Positions 1 through 9,130 of a stretch of 64,000 nucleotides of DNA are shown here, piece by piece (position 1 is the stretch's first letter; each line of letters opens with the position of its first letter). The notes below the pieces were generated by a model. It searched no databases. It had not been told where the DNA came from and saw nothing but the letters and a program-made list of their open reading frames with translations. Where the stretch lies: positions 256,001-320,000 of the forward strand of contig CAVVNQ010000003.1 of the NCBI GenBank assembly GCA_963749705.1, in the 5' to 3' direction. The position numbers were made by a program, and so were the translations under genes. Source of the stretch: an uncultured Chloroflexia bacterium (GTDB lineage: Bacteria > Chloroflexota > Limnocylindria > Limnocylindrales > CSP1-4).

Positions 1-2
1 CG

Positions 3-104
3 CAGGACGTTGCCAGGGCAATCCTCGCGTTGTCGGGCGATGGGACGGAGTTCATCAACGGCGAGGTCATCGGCGTCGACGGCGGCGAGTTCGTCACCGG
101 GTAG
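3..104 (+). CDS. C-terminal fragment of an SDR-family oxidoreductase (partial, runs off the window)
   Basis: Manual translation QDVARAILALSGDGTEFINGEVIGVDGGEFVTG* matches the typical SDR C-terminus (D-VA..FI-G..I-VDGG). Confidence 0.75.
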   Translation, partial: QDVARAILALSGDGTEFINGEVIGVDGGEFVTG

Positions 105-142
105 CACGGCGTAGGGCGCCGCACGGAGAGGGAGACGGGCCC

Positions 143-1201
143 ATGAGTGGCAGGGTCCTCATCGTCGGATCGGTGAACGTGGACCTGGTGGTCCAGGGCG
201 AGCGGCTGCCGCTGCCCGGGGAAACGGTCGTGGGCGGTACCTTCACGCGGTTTCACGGCGGCAAGGGTGGCAACCAGGCGGTCGCGGCCGCGCGTCTCGG
301 CGTCCCGGTGATGCTCGTGGCGGCCCTCGGCGACGATGCGTTCGGATCGGAGGCGCGAGCGGCGCTTGCGCGCGAGGGTATCGGCACCGACGTGCTGGTC
401 ACGCTCGACGAGACGGCGACCGGCGTCGCCCTGATCCTGGTCGACGCCAAGGCGGAGAACCAGATCGCGGTTGCGCCCGGCGCGAACGCGGGATTGACGG
501 CCGCCCATGTCCGCGAGGCGCTCAGGCGCCTGGCACCCCACACGGGCGATGTCGTGATCGTCACCCACGAGATCACGACGGCCGCCGCCCGTGAGGCGCT
601 CCGGCTCGGCCGCGAGGGCGGGGCGTGGACCGTCCTCAACCCGGCCCCCGCGGACGGCCTCGATCGGTCCGTGCTGTCGCTGGCCGACGTCCTGACGCCG
701 AACCGCGGCGAGCTGGCCCGTCTCGCCGCCGACGACGCGCGAAGGTCCGGGCGCCCGACCGCCGTCCCCGACGAGCCGGTCCGTGCCGCCAGGATGCTGC
801 TCGAGGCGACAGCCGAAGGCCCCGGGGCGGGCGAGGCAATCCTCGTGTCGTTGGGACCCCGAGGCGCCGTCCTGGTCCGTCGGGACGGACCGCCGGTGGA
901 CATCAAGGCGCCACGGGTCAAGGCCGTCGATGCCACCGGGGCCGGGGATGCGCTCAACGGCGCCCTCGCAGCAGCGCTGGCCACCGGTGTCGGCCTCGAG
1001 GGCGCCGCGCGGCGAGCGGTGATGGCGGCAAGCATCTCAGTCACGCGTGCGGGCGCTCGCGAGGGGATGCCGACGCTGGCCGAGCTCGAGGCTGCGCTGG
1101 GCCAGGCCAGCCCGCGGACCGCCGCTGCGCCGGGACCGGACGACGGTGACGTCGCGGACACCGCCTCAGCGCCGGGCCCGAACGGGGACACGGCTGCCTG
1201 A
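143..1201 (+). CDS. rbsK: Ribokinase (PfkB family)
   Basis: GSVNVDLV, GGKGGNQAVAAARLG, NPAPA, TPNRGE, DATGAGD motifs; GGAG RBS upstream. Confidence 0.9.
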   Translation: MSGRVLIVGSVNVDLVVQGERLPLPGETVVGGTFTRFHGGKGGNQAVAAARLGVPVMLVAALGDDAFGSEARAALAREGIGTDVLVTLDETATGVALILVDAKAENQIAVAPGANAGLTAAHVREALRRLAPHTGDVVIVTHEITTAAAREALRLGREGGAWTVLNPAPADGLDRSVLSLADVLTPNRGELARLAADDARRSGRPTAVPDEPVRAARMLLEATAEGPGAGEAILVSLGPRGAVLVRRDGPPVDIKAPRVKAVDATGAGDALNGALAAALATGVGLEGAARRAVMAASISVTRAGAREGMPTLAELEAALGQASPRTAAAPGPDDGDVADTASAPGPNGDTAA

Positions 1202-1285
1202 CGCCCGGCTGGCGACGCGCCCGGCATCGGGGCCCGCACCCGGCCCTGCGCCTTCCGCCCGATCGCCGGCGGCCGACCTCCGACG

Positions 1286-2266
1286 CTACCCGAGTCGATC
1301 CTCGGCCACCCAGGCGCTGCGCACCCGAGCCTCGGGCGTCATGCCCAGGTGGCCCGCGTCGTCGACCCACCAGGCGGCGATCCCGCGCGCGCGCGCTTCG
1401 TCGCCGATCGCGCCGCGGCCGGCCAGGAACAGGGCCTTGGTCCACACCTCGGACCAGGCGGGGTCGGCGCCAGCGACCGTGACCGCGACGAGCCCGGTCC
1501 GCGCCGGCTCGCCGGTCCGGGGGTCGACGAGGTGATGAACCGGCCGGCCATCGGGCCCGATCCAGTTCCGGACCCTGATCGATGACGTCGCGATCGCCCC
1601 GTCATGGAGCGCGGCAACCGCGATCGGCGCCGCATGCGGACCCGGGTCCGCGACGGGATCCTCGATCCCGACCAGCCAGCCCGGCCCGGGCGGGATCCCC
1701 GCCGCGACGACGTCTCCACCAGCCTCGAGCATCACGCCGGCACCGTCGGGCAGGGCCGCGATCGCAGCTGCGGCCGCCCAGCGAAGCGCGAGTCCCTTGC
1801 CCACGCCGCCCATGTCCAGCGGGGCCTCCGGGACCACCACCGGGAACCGCGCATCGGGGTTCGCCACCGCCACCGACGGAGCCGCTCCCGGCGGATCGAG
1901 GGCTGCGCCGCGCTCGCCGATCCGCTCGAGCGTCGTGAGGACCCGGGCATCGAAGCGGCCGCCGGTCAAGCGGCCGGCGCGGTGCACCATGGCCAGTGCC
2001 GTGCGCAGGCGCCCCGACACGCGGACCACCTGGCGCGTTCCCGCGACCCGGTTGAGCGCCGTGAGCTCGCTGTCGGCCCGAAACCGCGACAGTGCGATGT
2101 CGACGGCATCGAACTCCGACCACACCCGGTCCCAGGCGACCCCGGCCAGCGCGTCGGCGTCACGCCCGGGGCGTTCTTCCATGCGGACCTGGAGGCGCAG
2201 GGCCGACCCCAGCGAGCGCGCGGCAAACCGCATGAGGCGGTCCGAATGCACCCCCACCGCCGCCAC
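1286..2266 (-). CDS. apbE: FAD:protein FMN transferase
   Basis: LSRFRADSEL, LDMGGVGKG, EAGGD, ATSS, HHLVDPRTG motifs. Confidence 0.9.
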   Translation of the reverse strand: MAAVGVHSDRLMRFAARSLGSALRLQVRMEERPGRDADALAGVAWDRVWSEFDAVDIALSRFRADSELTALNRVAGTRQVVRVSGRLRTALAMVHRAGRLTGGRFDARVLTTLERIGERGAALDPPGAAPSVAVANPDARFPVVVPEAPLDMGGVGKGLALRWAAAAAIAALPDGAGVMLEAGGDVVAAGIPPGPGWLVGIEDPVADPGPHAAPIAVAALHDGAIATSSIRVRNWIGPDGRPVHHLVDPRTGEPARTGLVAVTVAGADPAWSEVWTKALFLAGRGAIGDEARARGIAAWWVDDAGHLGMTPEARVRSAWVAEDRLG

Positions 2267-2283
2267 GTTCGGCGCTCCCTGGA

Positions 2284-2871
2284 TCAGGGCACGCCCGAGG
2301 CGCCGGTGGTGGTGCTCGTCCTCGGGGGGCGGCTGCCGGACGAGCTGACCGTCACCTTGGGCAGGCTGATCCGCGTTGGCAGCGCCGCCGCCGATCCCTG
2401 GACCTCGGCGACCAGCGCCGCCAGGGCATCGAGCCTTGCCTCGTACGCCGTCACGGCCTCGCCCGTGCCGGCATACGACGTGCCGATGGTCTGCAGGTCG
2501 GCATCGGTCCGGTCGAGCGCCGCGGCGAGCGCGTCGTTCGCAGCCCGGGCGCGGGCCAGCGCCTCGACGTATGGCTGGTGGCGCGCGACGAGCTCGGCGT
2601 CGCTCTGCGCCTGGAGCCCGGCGACCCCGGCCAGCGCCACGGCATAGATTGCGGCCGAGGTCCCGAGCAGCATCCCGGCTCGCGCCGGCGTCGTGAGCCA
2701 GGCCTCCTTGCGTGCGGTCGCCGTACGCGCATGCGCTCCCGGTCGCGCATTCGTTCCGGATCGCCCGGGCGCCTCCCGTGCGGGCGCGTCATCGCGGATG
2801 GCACCGCCGCCCGGCCGCAGCCGCGTGGGGACGGGCAGGGCGATCGCGGGCAGGATTCGCTCAGTCGTCAT
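2284..2871 (-). CDS. Membrane-anchored coiled-coil protein with C-terminal TGAS flavinylation-like motif
   Basis: ATG at 2871 overlaps the end of the upstream gene; one hydrophobic helix, Ala-rich heptads, ends TSTTTGASGVP. Confidence 0.7.
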   Translation of the reverse strand: MTTERILPAIALPVPTRLRPGGGAIRDDAPAREAPGRSGTNARPGAHARTATARKEAWLTTPARAGMLLGTSAAIYAVALAGVAGLQAQSDAELVARHQPYVEALARARAANDALAAALDRTDADLQTIGTSYAGTGEAVTAYEARLDALAALVAEVQGSAAALPTRISLPKVTVSSSGSRPPRTSTTTGASGVP

Positions 2872-3343
2872 CGTGCTCACCGCCCGTGTAGCCACCCGAC
2901 GTGGCGGGGGCTGGCGCCGCGTTGGCCGCCGCCTGGCGCGCAGCTGCCTTGTTGAGCTCGGCGAGTCGCGCCTGGGCCGCCTTGAGCTGGCCCTGGAGGG
3001 TCTGCAGCTTGGACGTCGCGGCCGCGAGCTGATCCCGCAGCGTGGCGGCGGTCTGCGCGTCGGTGGTGATGTGATCGCCTGCCTCGGCCAGCGCCGCCTT
3101 GAGCGAGGCGATCTGGTCGGCCGCGGAGCCGACCTGGTCTGACAGGGCACCTGCACGGTCGGACTCGGCGACCAGCTGGGCGTTGATCGTATCCATCGCG
3201 ACCGGCGCCACGTCCAACGGTGCCGATTCCGCGCGCCAGTCGGCGGCGACCTTGACGGTGCCGATCGCGATCCCGATGACCGCGATGGTGGCCGCCAGGA
3301 CGACGGCTCGTCGCAGCAGGCGACGCAGGAGATCCCCGGACAT
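2861..3343 (-). CDS. Exported/membrane-anchored coiled-coil protein
   Basis: MSGDLLRRLLRRAVVLAATIAVIGIAIG start coupled (TAATG) to the upstream stop; long heptad coiled coil; acidic tail GEHDDD. Confidence 0.7.
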   Translation of the reverse strand: MSGDLLRRLLRRAVVLAATIAVIGIAIGTVKVAADWRAESAPLDVAPVAMDTINAQLVAESDRAGALSDQVGSAADQIASLKAALAEAGDHITTDAQTAATLRDQLAAATSKLQTLQGQLKAAQARLAELNKAAARQAAANAAPAPATSGGYTGGEHDDD

Positions 3344-4056
3344 TACTGCTCCTCCATGGTGGCGTGGACCGGCACGGGCCGGCTGATCGGTGCGGTCGTT
3401 GGCGAGGTCGGGATCTGGGCCGGGCGCTGCGGCCGCGCCTTGGCGGTCCACCAGCGGTGGGCCACGCCCGCGAGGATGGGCAGGCCGGTGGCCAGGTACA
3501 GGGGGGTCAGCGCGCCGCCGTCGGTGCCGGCGAGGACCGCATGGACCCAGGCCAGCAGGAACGCGGCTGCGGCCACGCGGTGGATCCGGAGCCACCAGCC
3601 CGACGGCAGGAGGCGGGTCCACTTGGCGGTCACGGCGGTCACGATCAGGGCGTACAGCGCGATCGATCCGATGGCAACCGCTGGCGGCCGGTACTCGGAG
3701 AAGCCGGGCACCAGCGCACCGATCACGCCGACCCTTGCAAACGGGTCCACCGCGAGCAGGGCGACGTGGAGCGCGAGGAAGGCCCCGGTGAACACCGAGA
3801 TCATCTCGTGCCACGGAAACGTGGGCTTGGTCAGGCGCCAGGTCGAGGTGTTCCTGGGGTGGCTGAGCAGCAGGCCCGAGGCCACCTCGAGCGCCAGGAG
3901 CAGGTACGCCGTGACGCCCATCGCGCGCGCGGCGATCCATGGCCGGACCTGCACGAGGTGAGGATCGGCGGCCGGCAGGACCTGGTCGGTCACGCCGAGC
4001 GCGATGAGCGCGGCGATCGCACCCAGGGAGACGAGCGTGGCCGCGCCTACGCGCAT
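3343..4056 (-). CDS. Ferric reductase-like transmembrane (MsrQ-like, heme b) protein
   Basis: About 6 TM helices, ARAMG..AY.LL, His pairs WHE..LH and IHR..VH; alternative start at 4068. Confidence 0.8.
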   Translation of the reverse strand: MRVGAATLVSLGAIAALIALGVTDQVLPAADPHLVQVRPWIAARAMGVTAYLLLALEVASGLLLSHPRNTSTWRLTKPTFPWHEMISVFTGAFLALHVALLAVDPFARVGVIGALVPGFSEYRPPAVAIGSIALYALIVTAVTAKWTRLLPSGWWLRIHRVAAAAFLLAWVHAVLAGTDGGALTPLYLATGLPILAGVAHRWWTAKARPQRPAQIPTSPTTAPISRPVPVHATMEEQ

Positions 4057-4244
4057 GGAGGAACCCACGCGGATGCAGCGGACGGTCGGCGTGCGGGACG
4101 AGCGAGACGGTGCGGCATGACGGCTCCCAGCGATGGTCCGGTGCCGTTCTGAGGCGCGTCATCGGCCCGAGGTTTCACGCCCGGTGCGGCCGATGGTCCC
4201 GGCCGTGGCCAGTACGAGCGGCCCGCCTGCCTCCGGGCGGCCGG

Positions 4245-5204
4245 TCAGCCGGGCTTCAGCGCAGCCAGGATGCGGTCGAGGTCGAACCGCATCATCCCGA
4301 CGTACGTGTCCGCCGGCGGATCCCCGAGCGTGTCCGTATACAGGTCCGTCACGACGGTGGCCCCGGTCTCGCCGGCGATCGTGTCGGCCAGCTCCGGGCT
4401 GAACTGCGCCTCGGCGAAGATCGCGCGGGCGCCGCTCGAGCGGATCTTCAGGACGAGGTCGGCGAGCTCGCCCGCGCTCGGATCCTGCCCCGGCGCATCG
4501 ACGATGGAGCCGACCACGGTCAACCCGTAGGCCGCCGCGAAGTACGGGAACGCCTCGTGGAACGAGACGACCACCCGGCTCGCAGCCGGCAGCGCCTGGA
4601 TGCGATCGCGGATCTCGGTATCGAGGGCGTCGAGGGTCGCGTGGTACGCATCCGCGTTTGCCCGGAACTCGGACGCATGCGCCGGATCGGCGTCCGACAG
4701 CGCCGTCTCGATCCGGTCGACGTACTTCGACACGTAGGCGACGTTGAGCCACAGGTGCGGGTTGGGGCCCGCGCTCCCGCTGGCGGCGAGGTAGGTCACC
4801 CCCGGCTGGTCCTCGCCCAGGCGCACGATCGGCGCCGCCGTCCCGGCGTCCGAGGCAAGGCTCGTCAGCCAGTCGTCAAGCCCGAGCCCGTTGGCGACGA
4901 TGAGCTCCGCCGCACCGATCTGCTTCACGTCGGCGGGGGTCGGGTCGAAGGTGTGGACCTCGCCGCCCCTGGGGACGAGGCTCTGGACGTTCACGGCGGT
5001 GCCGCCGACCTGCCGCACGAGGTCGGCGAAGATCGTCGTCGTCGTGACCACGCGGAGGGCGTCCGGCGCCGGTGAAGGATCCCCGGCGGTCGCCTGATCG
5101 CCACCCGACGACGCACCGCAGGCGGAGATGACGAGGGCGCTCGCCAGCAGCAGGATCGCCCGGACAGGCGACCGGCGGCTGCCCGGCACCAGGGGACTCG
5201 ACAT
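4245..5204 (-). CDS. znuA: Zn/Mn ABC transporter substrate-binding lipoprotein
   Basis: Lipobox ISAC, EVHTFDPTP, NPHLWL, HEAFPYFA motifs. Confidence 0.9.
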   Translation of the reverse strand: MSSPLVPGSRRSPVRAILLLASALVISACGASSGGDQATAGDPSPAPDALRVVTTTTIFADLVRQVGGTAVNVQSLVPRGGEVHTFDPTPADVKQIGAAELIVANGLGLDDWLTSLASDAGTAAPIVRLGEDQPGVTYLAASGSAGPNPHLWLNVAYVSKYVDRIETALSDADPAHASEFRANADAYHATLDALDTEIRDRIQALPAASRVVVSFHEAFPYFAAAYGLTVVGSIVDAPGQDPSAGELADLVLKIRSSGARAIFAEAQFSPELADTIAGETGATVVTDLYTDTLGDPPADTYVGMMRFDLDRILAALKPG

Positions 5205-5207
5205 CGG

Positions 5208-5699
5208 TCACGCCCCCCCGGCACGGGCGCGGCACGCCCGGCACCGCCCGAACACCTCGAGCCGGTGCGCGGTCACCTCGAAGCCGGATCGCTCCCCGAT
5301 CACGGCCAGCACGTCGGTCAGGCCCACGTCCTCGATGTCGAACGACAGGCCACATTCGGTGCAGATCGCATGATGGTGATGCGACGGCTCGCAGGCGACA
5401 TAGGCATGGTCGCCCGCGGGCAGGTCGACCCGCTCGACCAGCCGCAGCGTCGAGAACAGGTCGAGCGTGCGGAACACCGTCGCCCGGCCGATCCCGGGCG
5501 CGACCTGTCGTGCGTCGGCGACGAGGTCGGCTGCCGTGAAGTGCCCGGACCTGGCCGCGATCAGGCCGGCGACGACCCGCCGCGGCTCCGTCACCCGGAC
5601 CCCGGCGGGGCCCAGGGCGTCGATCAGAGCCTGCGTGGAGCGGGGCGCGCTCGGGGCGACCTTCCCGTGGGTGACGTCGCCCATCGCGGCGCCGGACAT
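5208..5699 (-). CDS. zur: Fur-family regulator (Zur-like)
   Basis: RVTEPRR, IGRATVFRTL, HHHHAICTEC and CRAC motifs; located inside a Zn ABC operon. Confidence 0.85.
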   Translation of the reverse strand: MSGAAMGDVTHGKVAPSAPRSTQALIDALGPAGVRVTEPRRVVAGLIAARSGHFTAADLVADARQVAPGIGRATVFRTLDLFSTLRLVERVDLPAGDHAYVACEPSHHHHAICTECGLSFDIEDVGLTDVLAVIGERSGFEVTAHRLEVFGRCRACRARAGGA

Positions 5700-5704
5700 C
5701 CCGC

Positions 5705-6562
5705 TCACGCCGGCGCCTCTGCCGCCGCCGCGGCCGCACGCCGAGTCGCCACCAGCCCGCGCGGGCCGGCGACCAGCGCGACCAGGAACAGGGCGGTCTG
5801 GACGAGGACGATGGTGGCGCCGCTTGCGACGTGCAGCCAGTACGACAGGTAGAGCCCGATCACGGCGCTGGCAATGCCGACGACGGCCGCAAGCAGCATC
5901 AGCCGCATGAACCGGACCGTGAGCATCTGGGCCGTCGCCGCCGGGGTGATCAGCATCGCGACCACCAGGATGATCCCGACGGCCTGGAGGCTGACCACGA
6001 TCGTCAGCGCGACCAGGGCGAGGAACAGGTACTCGAGCCCGTCCACCCGGATCCCCGACGCCGCCGCACCCAGCGGATCGAACGTGGCGTACAGGAGCTC
6101 CTTCCACATCAGCGCCACGATCCCGATCACGCCGAGCCCGAGGATGACCAGGGCCGTGAGATCCGTGGGGCTGATGGCGAGGACGTTCCCGAACAGGAAG
6201 CTGAACAGGTCGGCGACGTAGCCCTTGATCGTGCTGAACAGGAAGATGCCGAACGCGAACGTCCCGGCGAACATCACCCCGATCACCGTGTCCTGCCGGA
6301 TCCCCGCCCGCTTGGTCACCACGCCGATGGCAAGGGCCGTGCCCACCGCGGCCACGGCGGCGCCGAAGTAGGTCGGGACACCGAGCATGTACGCCGCGAC
6401 CACGCCCGGGAAGCCGGCATGTGCGATCGCGTCACCGATGAACGCCACGCCCCGGAGGACGACGTAGGTCCCGACCACCGCGCACACCACGCCGACCAGC
6501 GCGGACGCGATCAGGGCCCGGACGAAGAAGCCGAACGCCAGCGGCTCGAGCAGGGCGTCCAT
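5705..6562 (-). CDS. znuB: Zn/Mn ABC transporter permease
   Basis: GDAIAHAGFPG, FLFGNVLAI, VGIILVVAMLITPAATA motifs. Confidence 0.9.
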   Translation of the reverse strand: MDALLEPLAFGFFVRALIASALVGVVCAVVGTYVVLRGVAFIGDAIAHAGFPGVVAAYMLGVPTYFGAAVAAVGTALAIGVVTKRAGIRQDTVIGVMFAGTFAFGIFLFSTIKGYVADLFSFLFGNVLAISPTDLTALVILGLGVIGIVALMWKELLYATFDPLGAAASGIRVDGLEYLFLALVALTIVVSLQAVGIILVVAMLITPAATAQMLTVRFMRLMLLAAVVGIASAVIGLYLSYWLHVASGATIVLVQTALFLVALVAGPRGLVATRRAAAAAAEAPA

Positions 6563-7461
6563 CAGCGCCCATCCCGATCATGGAAGTGGCGCTCGCCGGG
6601 CGCGGCATCGTCGTGGTGGTGCGCATCGTCGATGACGACCGCACCGCCCTTGAGCATCAGCAGGTGACCGCCGTACGCGCGCGCCAGCACATCCGCGTCG
6701 AGCACGATGTTCGCCGGGCCGTAGGCCACGACGGTCCGGTTGACCGCGAGCACCTGCTGGAACCGCTGCGCGGCGCAGGCGAGGTCGTGCGTCGTGGCGA
6801 CCACGGTCTTGCCGCGAGCGGCCTGCGCCTCGAGCAGGTCCATGAGCAGCTCCTGCGTCGTGGCGTCGATGCCGGTCACCGGTTCGTCGAGCAGGAACAG
6901 GTCGGGCTCCGCGGCCAGCGCCCGGGCGAGGAACACCCGCCGCCGCTGCCCGCCCGAGAGCCGGCCGATCTGGGTCGAGCGGTGGTCCCCCATGTTGACC
7001 TGGTCGAGGGCACCGGCCACGGCGCGACGATCGTCGCCGCCCGGCCGGTGGAGCCGTCCGAGCCGCGGATAGCGGCCCATCATCACGACCTCCTCGACGG
7101 TCACCGGGAATGCCCAGTCGACGAGCTCCGCCTGCGGCACGTAGGCAACGCGTCGGGCCTCGCGCCCGGCCGGTGCGCCGAGGATCTCGATCCTGCCCGA
7201 CCACGGCTGGAGCAGGCCGGCCATCAGCTTGAGCATGGTGCTCTTGCCGGCGCCGTTGGGGCCGACCACGGCGAGCAGGCTGCCGGGCTCGACGGCGACG
7301 GTGATGTGGTCGAGCGCCGTGCGCGCGCCGTAGCCCGCGGATACGTCGCTCAGCCAGACGTCCGCATGGGCATGGGCGTGCGCCGGCTGGAGCGCGTGCT
7401 CCGGGGACGCGGACAGGTGGTCATGGATCGGCGTTGATGCGGGTGGTGTCGGCGGCTGCAT
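6562..7461 (-). CDS. znuC: Zn/Mn ABC transporter ATPase with His-rich termini
   Basis: GPNGAGKST, YVPQ, LSGGQRRRV, LLDEP; ATG at 7461 lies 7 nt after a -10 box. Confidence 0.9.
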   Translation of the reverse strand: MQPPTPPASTPIHDHLSASPEHALQPAHAHAHADVWLSDVSAGYGARTALDHITVAVEPGSLLAVVGPNGAGKSTMLKLMAGLLQPWSGRIEILGAPAGREARRVAYVPQAELVDWAFPVTVEEVVMMGRYPRLGRLHRPGGDDRRAVAGALDQVNMGDHRSTQIGRLSGGQRRRVFLARALAAEPDLFLLDEPVTGIDATTQELLMDLLEAQAARGKTVVATTHDLACAAQRFQQVLAVNRTVVAYGPANIVLDADVLARAYGGHLLMLKGGAVVIDDAHHHDDAAPGERHFHDRDGR

Positions 7462-7497
7462 ATGAGACACAGTATCAACTACGGCGAATCCATGCAA
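7462..7497 (-). promoter_or_regulatory. Sigma70-type promoter with overlapping Zur/Fur-like box (leaderless znuC)
   Basis: Minus strand TTGCAT-17nt-TACTGT-7nt-ATG with extended -10 TG; imperfect palindrome TGAGACACAGTATCA at 7463-7477. Confidence 0.7.
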
Positions 7498-7566
7498 GGG
7501 CGTGCGGCTCGGGGAAGGCGGGCGACCGCGATGCGGTACGACCCGGGCCGCACGGACCCACCGGCC

Positions 7567-7580
7567 GGGACCAAGGTCCC
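7567..7580. promoter_or_regulatory. Palindrome GGGACC-AA-GGTCCC (DosR/NarL-like operator candidate)
   Basis: Perfect 6-bp inverted repeat in the divergent intergenic region upstream of dsbA. Confidence 0.4.
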
Positions 7581-7673
7581 TTCCGCCGACCCCCGGGCAG
7601 CCGCGAGGCTGTCCGCGCAGATCTGCGCGACAATCGACAGGCCCCGACGATCGACCACGACTGGAGGACTCCC

Positions 7674-8558
7674 CTGAGCCCCAAGCAGAAGCCGACCCAA
7701 TCCACCCGCCGCGAGCGCCGCGCCGCGGAGCGCCGCGACCGGTTCGAGGTCGCCCGCGATGAGCGGCGCGCGCGCGCGTCCACCCGCGGGGGAAGCGGAT
7801 CGACCCTGATGACGACCCGCAACATCACGATCGCTGCCGTGATCGTGGGCGTGCTGATCGTCGCGTTCGTCGCGACCCAGCAGCTGGGCGGGAAGGTGTC
7901 GGGCACGTTCAACGATCCCGCGATGGCGTACCCGGCGGCGCTCCTCGACGGGCATGCGATCGGCAAGGCCGACGCACCGGTGACGCTCGACGTCTACGAG
8001 GACTTCCAGTGCCCCATCTGCGCCCAGTATTCGCTGAGCATCGAGCCGGTCCTGGTCAACCAGTACGTCCAGCCCGGCACGCTGCGGATCGTCCACCACG
8101 ACATCGCGATCCTCGGTCGCGGCGGCGCCGACGATGAATCGAAGCTGGCCGCGTCGGGGGCGACCTGTGCCAACGACCACGGCGTGTACTGGACGTACGC
8201 ACACTGGGTCTACGACAACCAGGACGGCGAGAACGCCGGCGAGTTCACGCGAGACCGGCTGACCGCGATCGTCGAGGCGGCCGGCCTCGACTCGGCGGGC
8301 CTCGATGCTGCGACGTTCAGGGCCTGCCTCGACGACCAGGCCACGATCCAGGCCGTGGCCGACACCACGTCCCAGGCCGTGGCCCTGCAGATCAACTCGA
8401 CGCCCACCATGTTCATCGGTGACCAGCGGATCGTGGGCCTCAAGTCTGCCACCGAGCTCGGCGCCCTGATCGAGGCGGCTGCGGCCTCTCCCGCGGCGTC
8501 CTCGGCGGCATCGCCCGGCGCCTCGAGCCCGGACGCAACGGCGAGCAGCGCACCCTGA
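7674..8558 (+). CDS. dsbA: Membrane-anchored DsbA/thioredoxin-fold protein
   Basis: EDFQCPIC active site, INSTPT cis-Pro loop, one TM; probable CTG start after GGAGG (alternative ATG at 7809). Confidence 0.85.
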   Translation: MSPKQKPTQSTRRERRAAERRDRFEVARDERRARASTRGGSGSTLMTTRNITIAAVIVGVLIVAFVATQQLGGKVSGTFNDPAMAYPAALLDGHAIGKADAPVTLDVYEDFQCPICAQYSLSIEPVLVNQYVQPGTLRIVHHDIAILGRGGADDESKLAASGATCANDHGVYWTYAHWVYDNQDGENAGEFTRDRLTAIVEAAGLDSAGLDAATFRACLDDQATIQAVADTTSQAVALQINSTPTMFIGDQRIVGLKSATELGALIEAAAASPAASSAASPGASSPDATASSAP

Positions 8559-8560
8559 CG

Positions 8561-8995
8561 GTGTCCCACTCCGAGACCGCACCGCGCGGTCCGCTCGGCC
8601 TGCCGCTGCTGATCGTGACCCTGGTGGGTCTCGCCGTGTCCGGCTACCTGGTCGCCGTCCGACTGCTCGGCGAGGCGCCGACGTGCGGGCCGGTGCGAGG
8701 CTGCGAGACGGTCACGACGTCGGAGTACTCGACGATCGCGGGCGTTCCCGTTGCCGTCCTCGGCCTGCTCCTGTCCGTGTGCCTGGTCGCCTGCGCGGCC
8801 TGGTGGTGGCGGCGTGCGGACCGGCGGGTCCTGTTGCTGGCCTATGGCCTGCTGCTGCTCGCGACGCTCGCCGTCGCGTACCTCACCTACCTCGAGCTGT
8901 TCGTGATCCATGCGATCTGCGTGTGGTGCGTCAGCTATGCCATCACGGTGCTGGTGTCGCTGGGCGTGACGGGTCTCGCGCTGCGATCGGGCTGA
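8561..8995 (+). CDS. Vitamin K epoxide reductase (VKOR) family protein
   Basis: C..GC..V..S.YS loop, GVPVA, ICVWC CxxC; adjacent to DsbA. Confidence 0.9.
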   Translation: MSHSETAPRGPLGLPLLIVTLVGLAVSGYLVAVRLLGEAPTCGPVRGCETVTTSEYSTIAGVPVAVLGLLLSVCLVACAAWWWRRADRRVLLLAYGLLLLATLAVAYLTYLELFVIHAICVWCVSYAITVLVSLGVTGLALRSG

Positions 8996-9130
8996 GCGAG
9001 CGGTACCGGCGGGCCCGGGACCTTCGTCGGGGAGTCCCGCCTTGCCGCGGGACGTACGATGCCCGAGCCGCCGGGAGCATGCCGGGCGGTCCGTCGCGGC
9101 CGGTGACCAGCCGCGGACAGGAGGGAGCGA

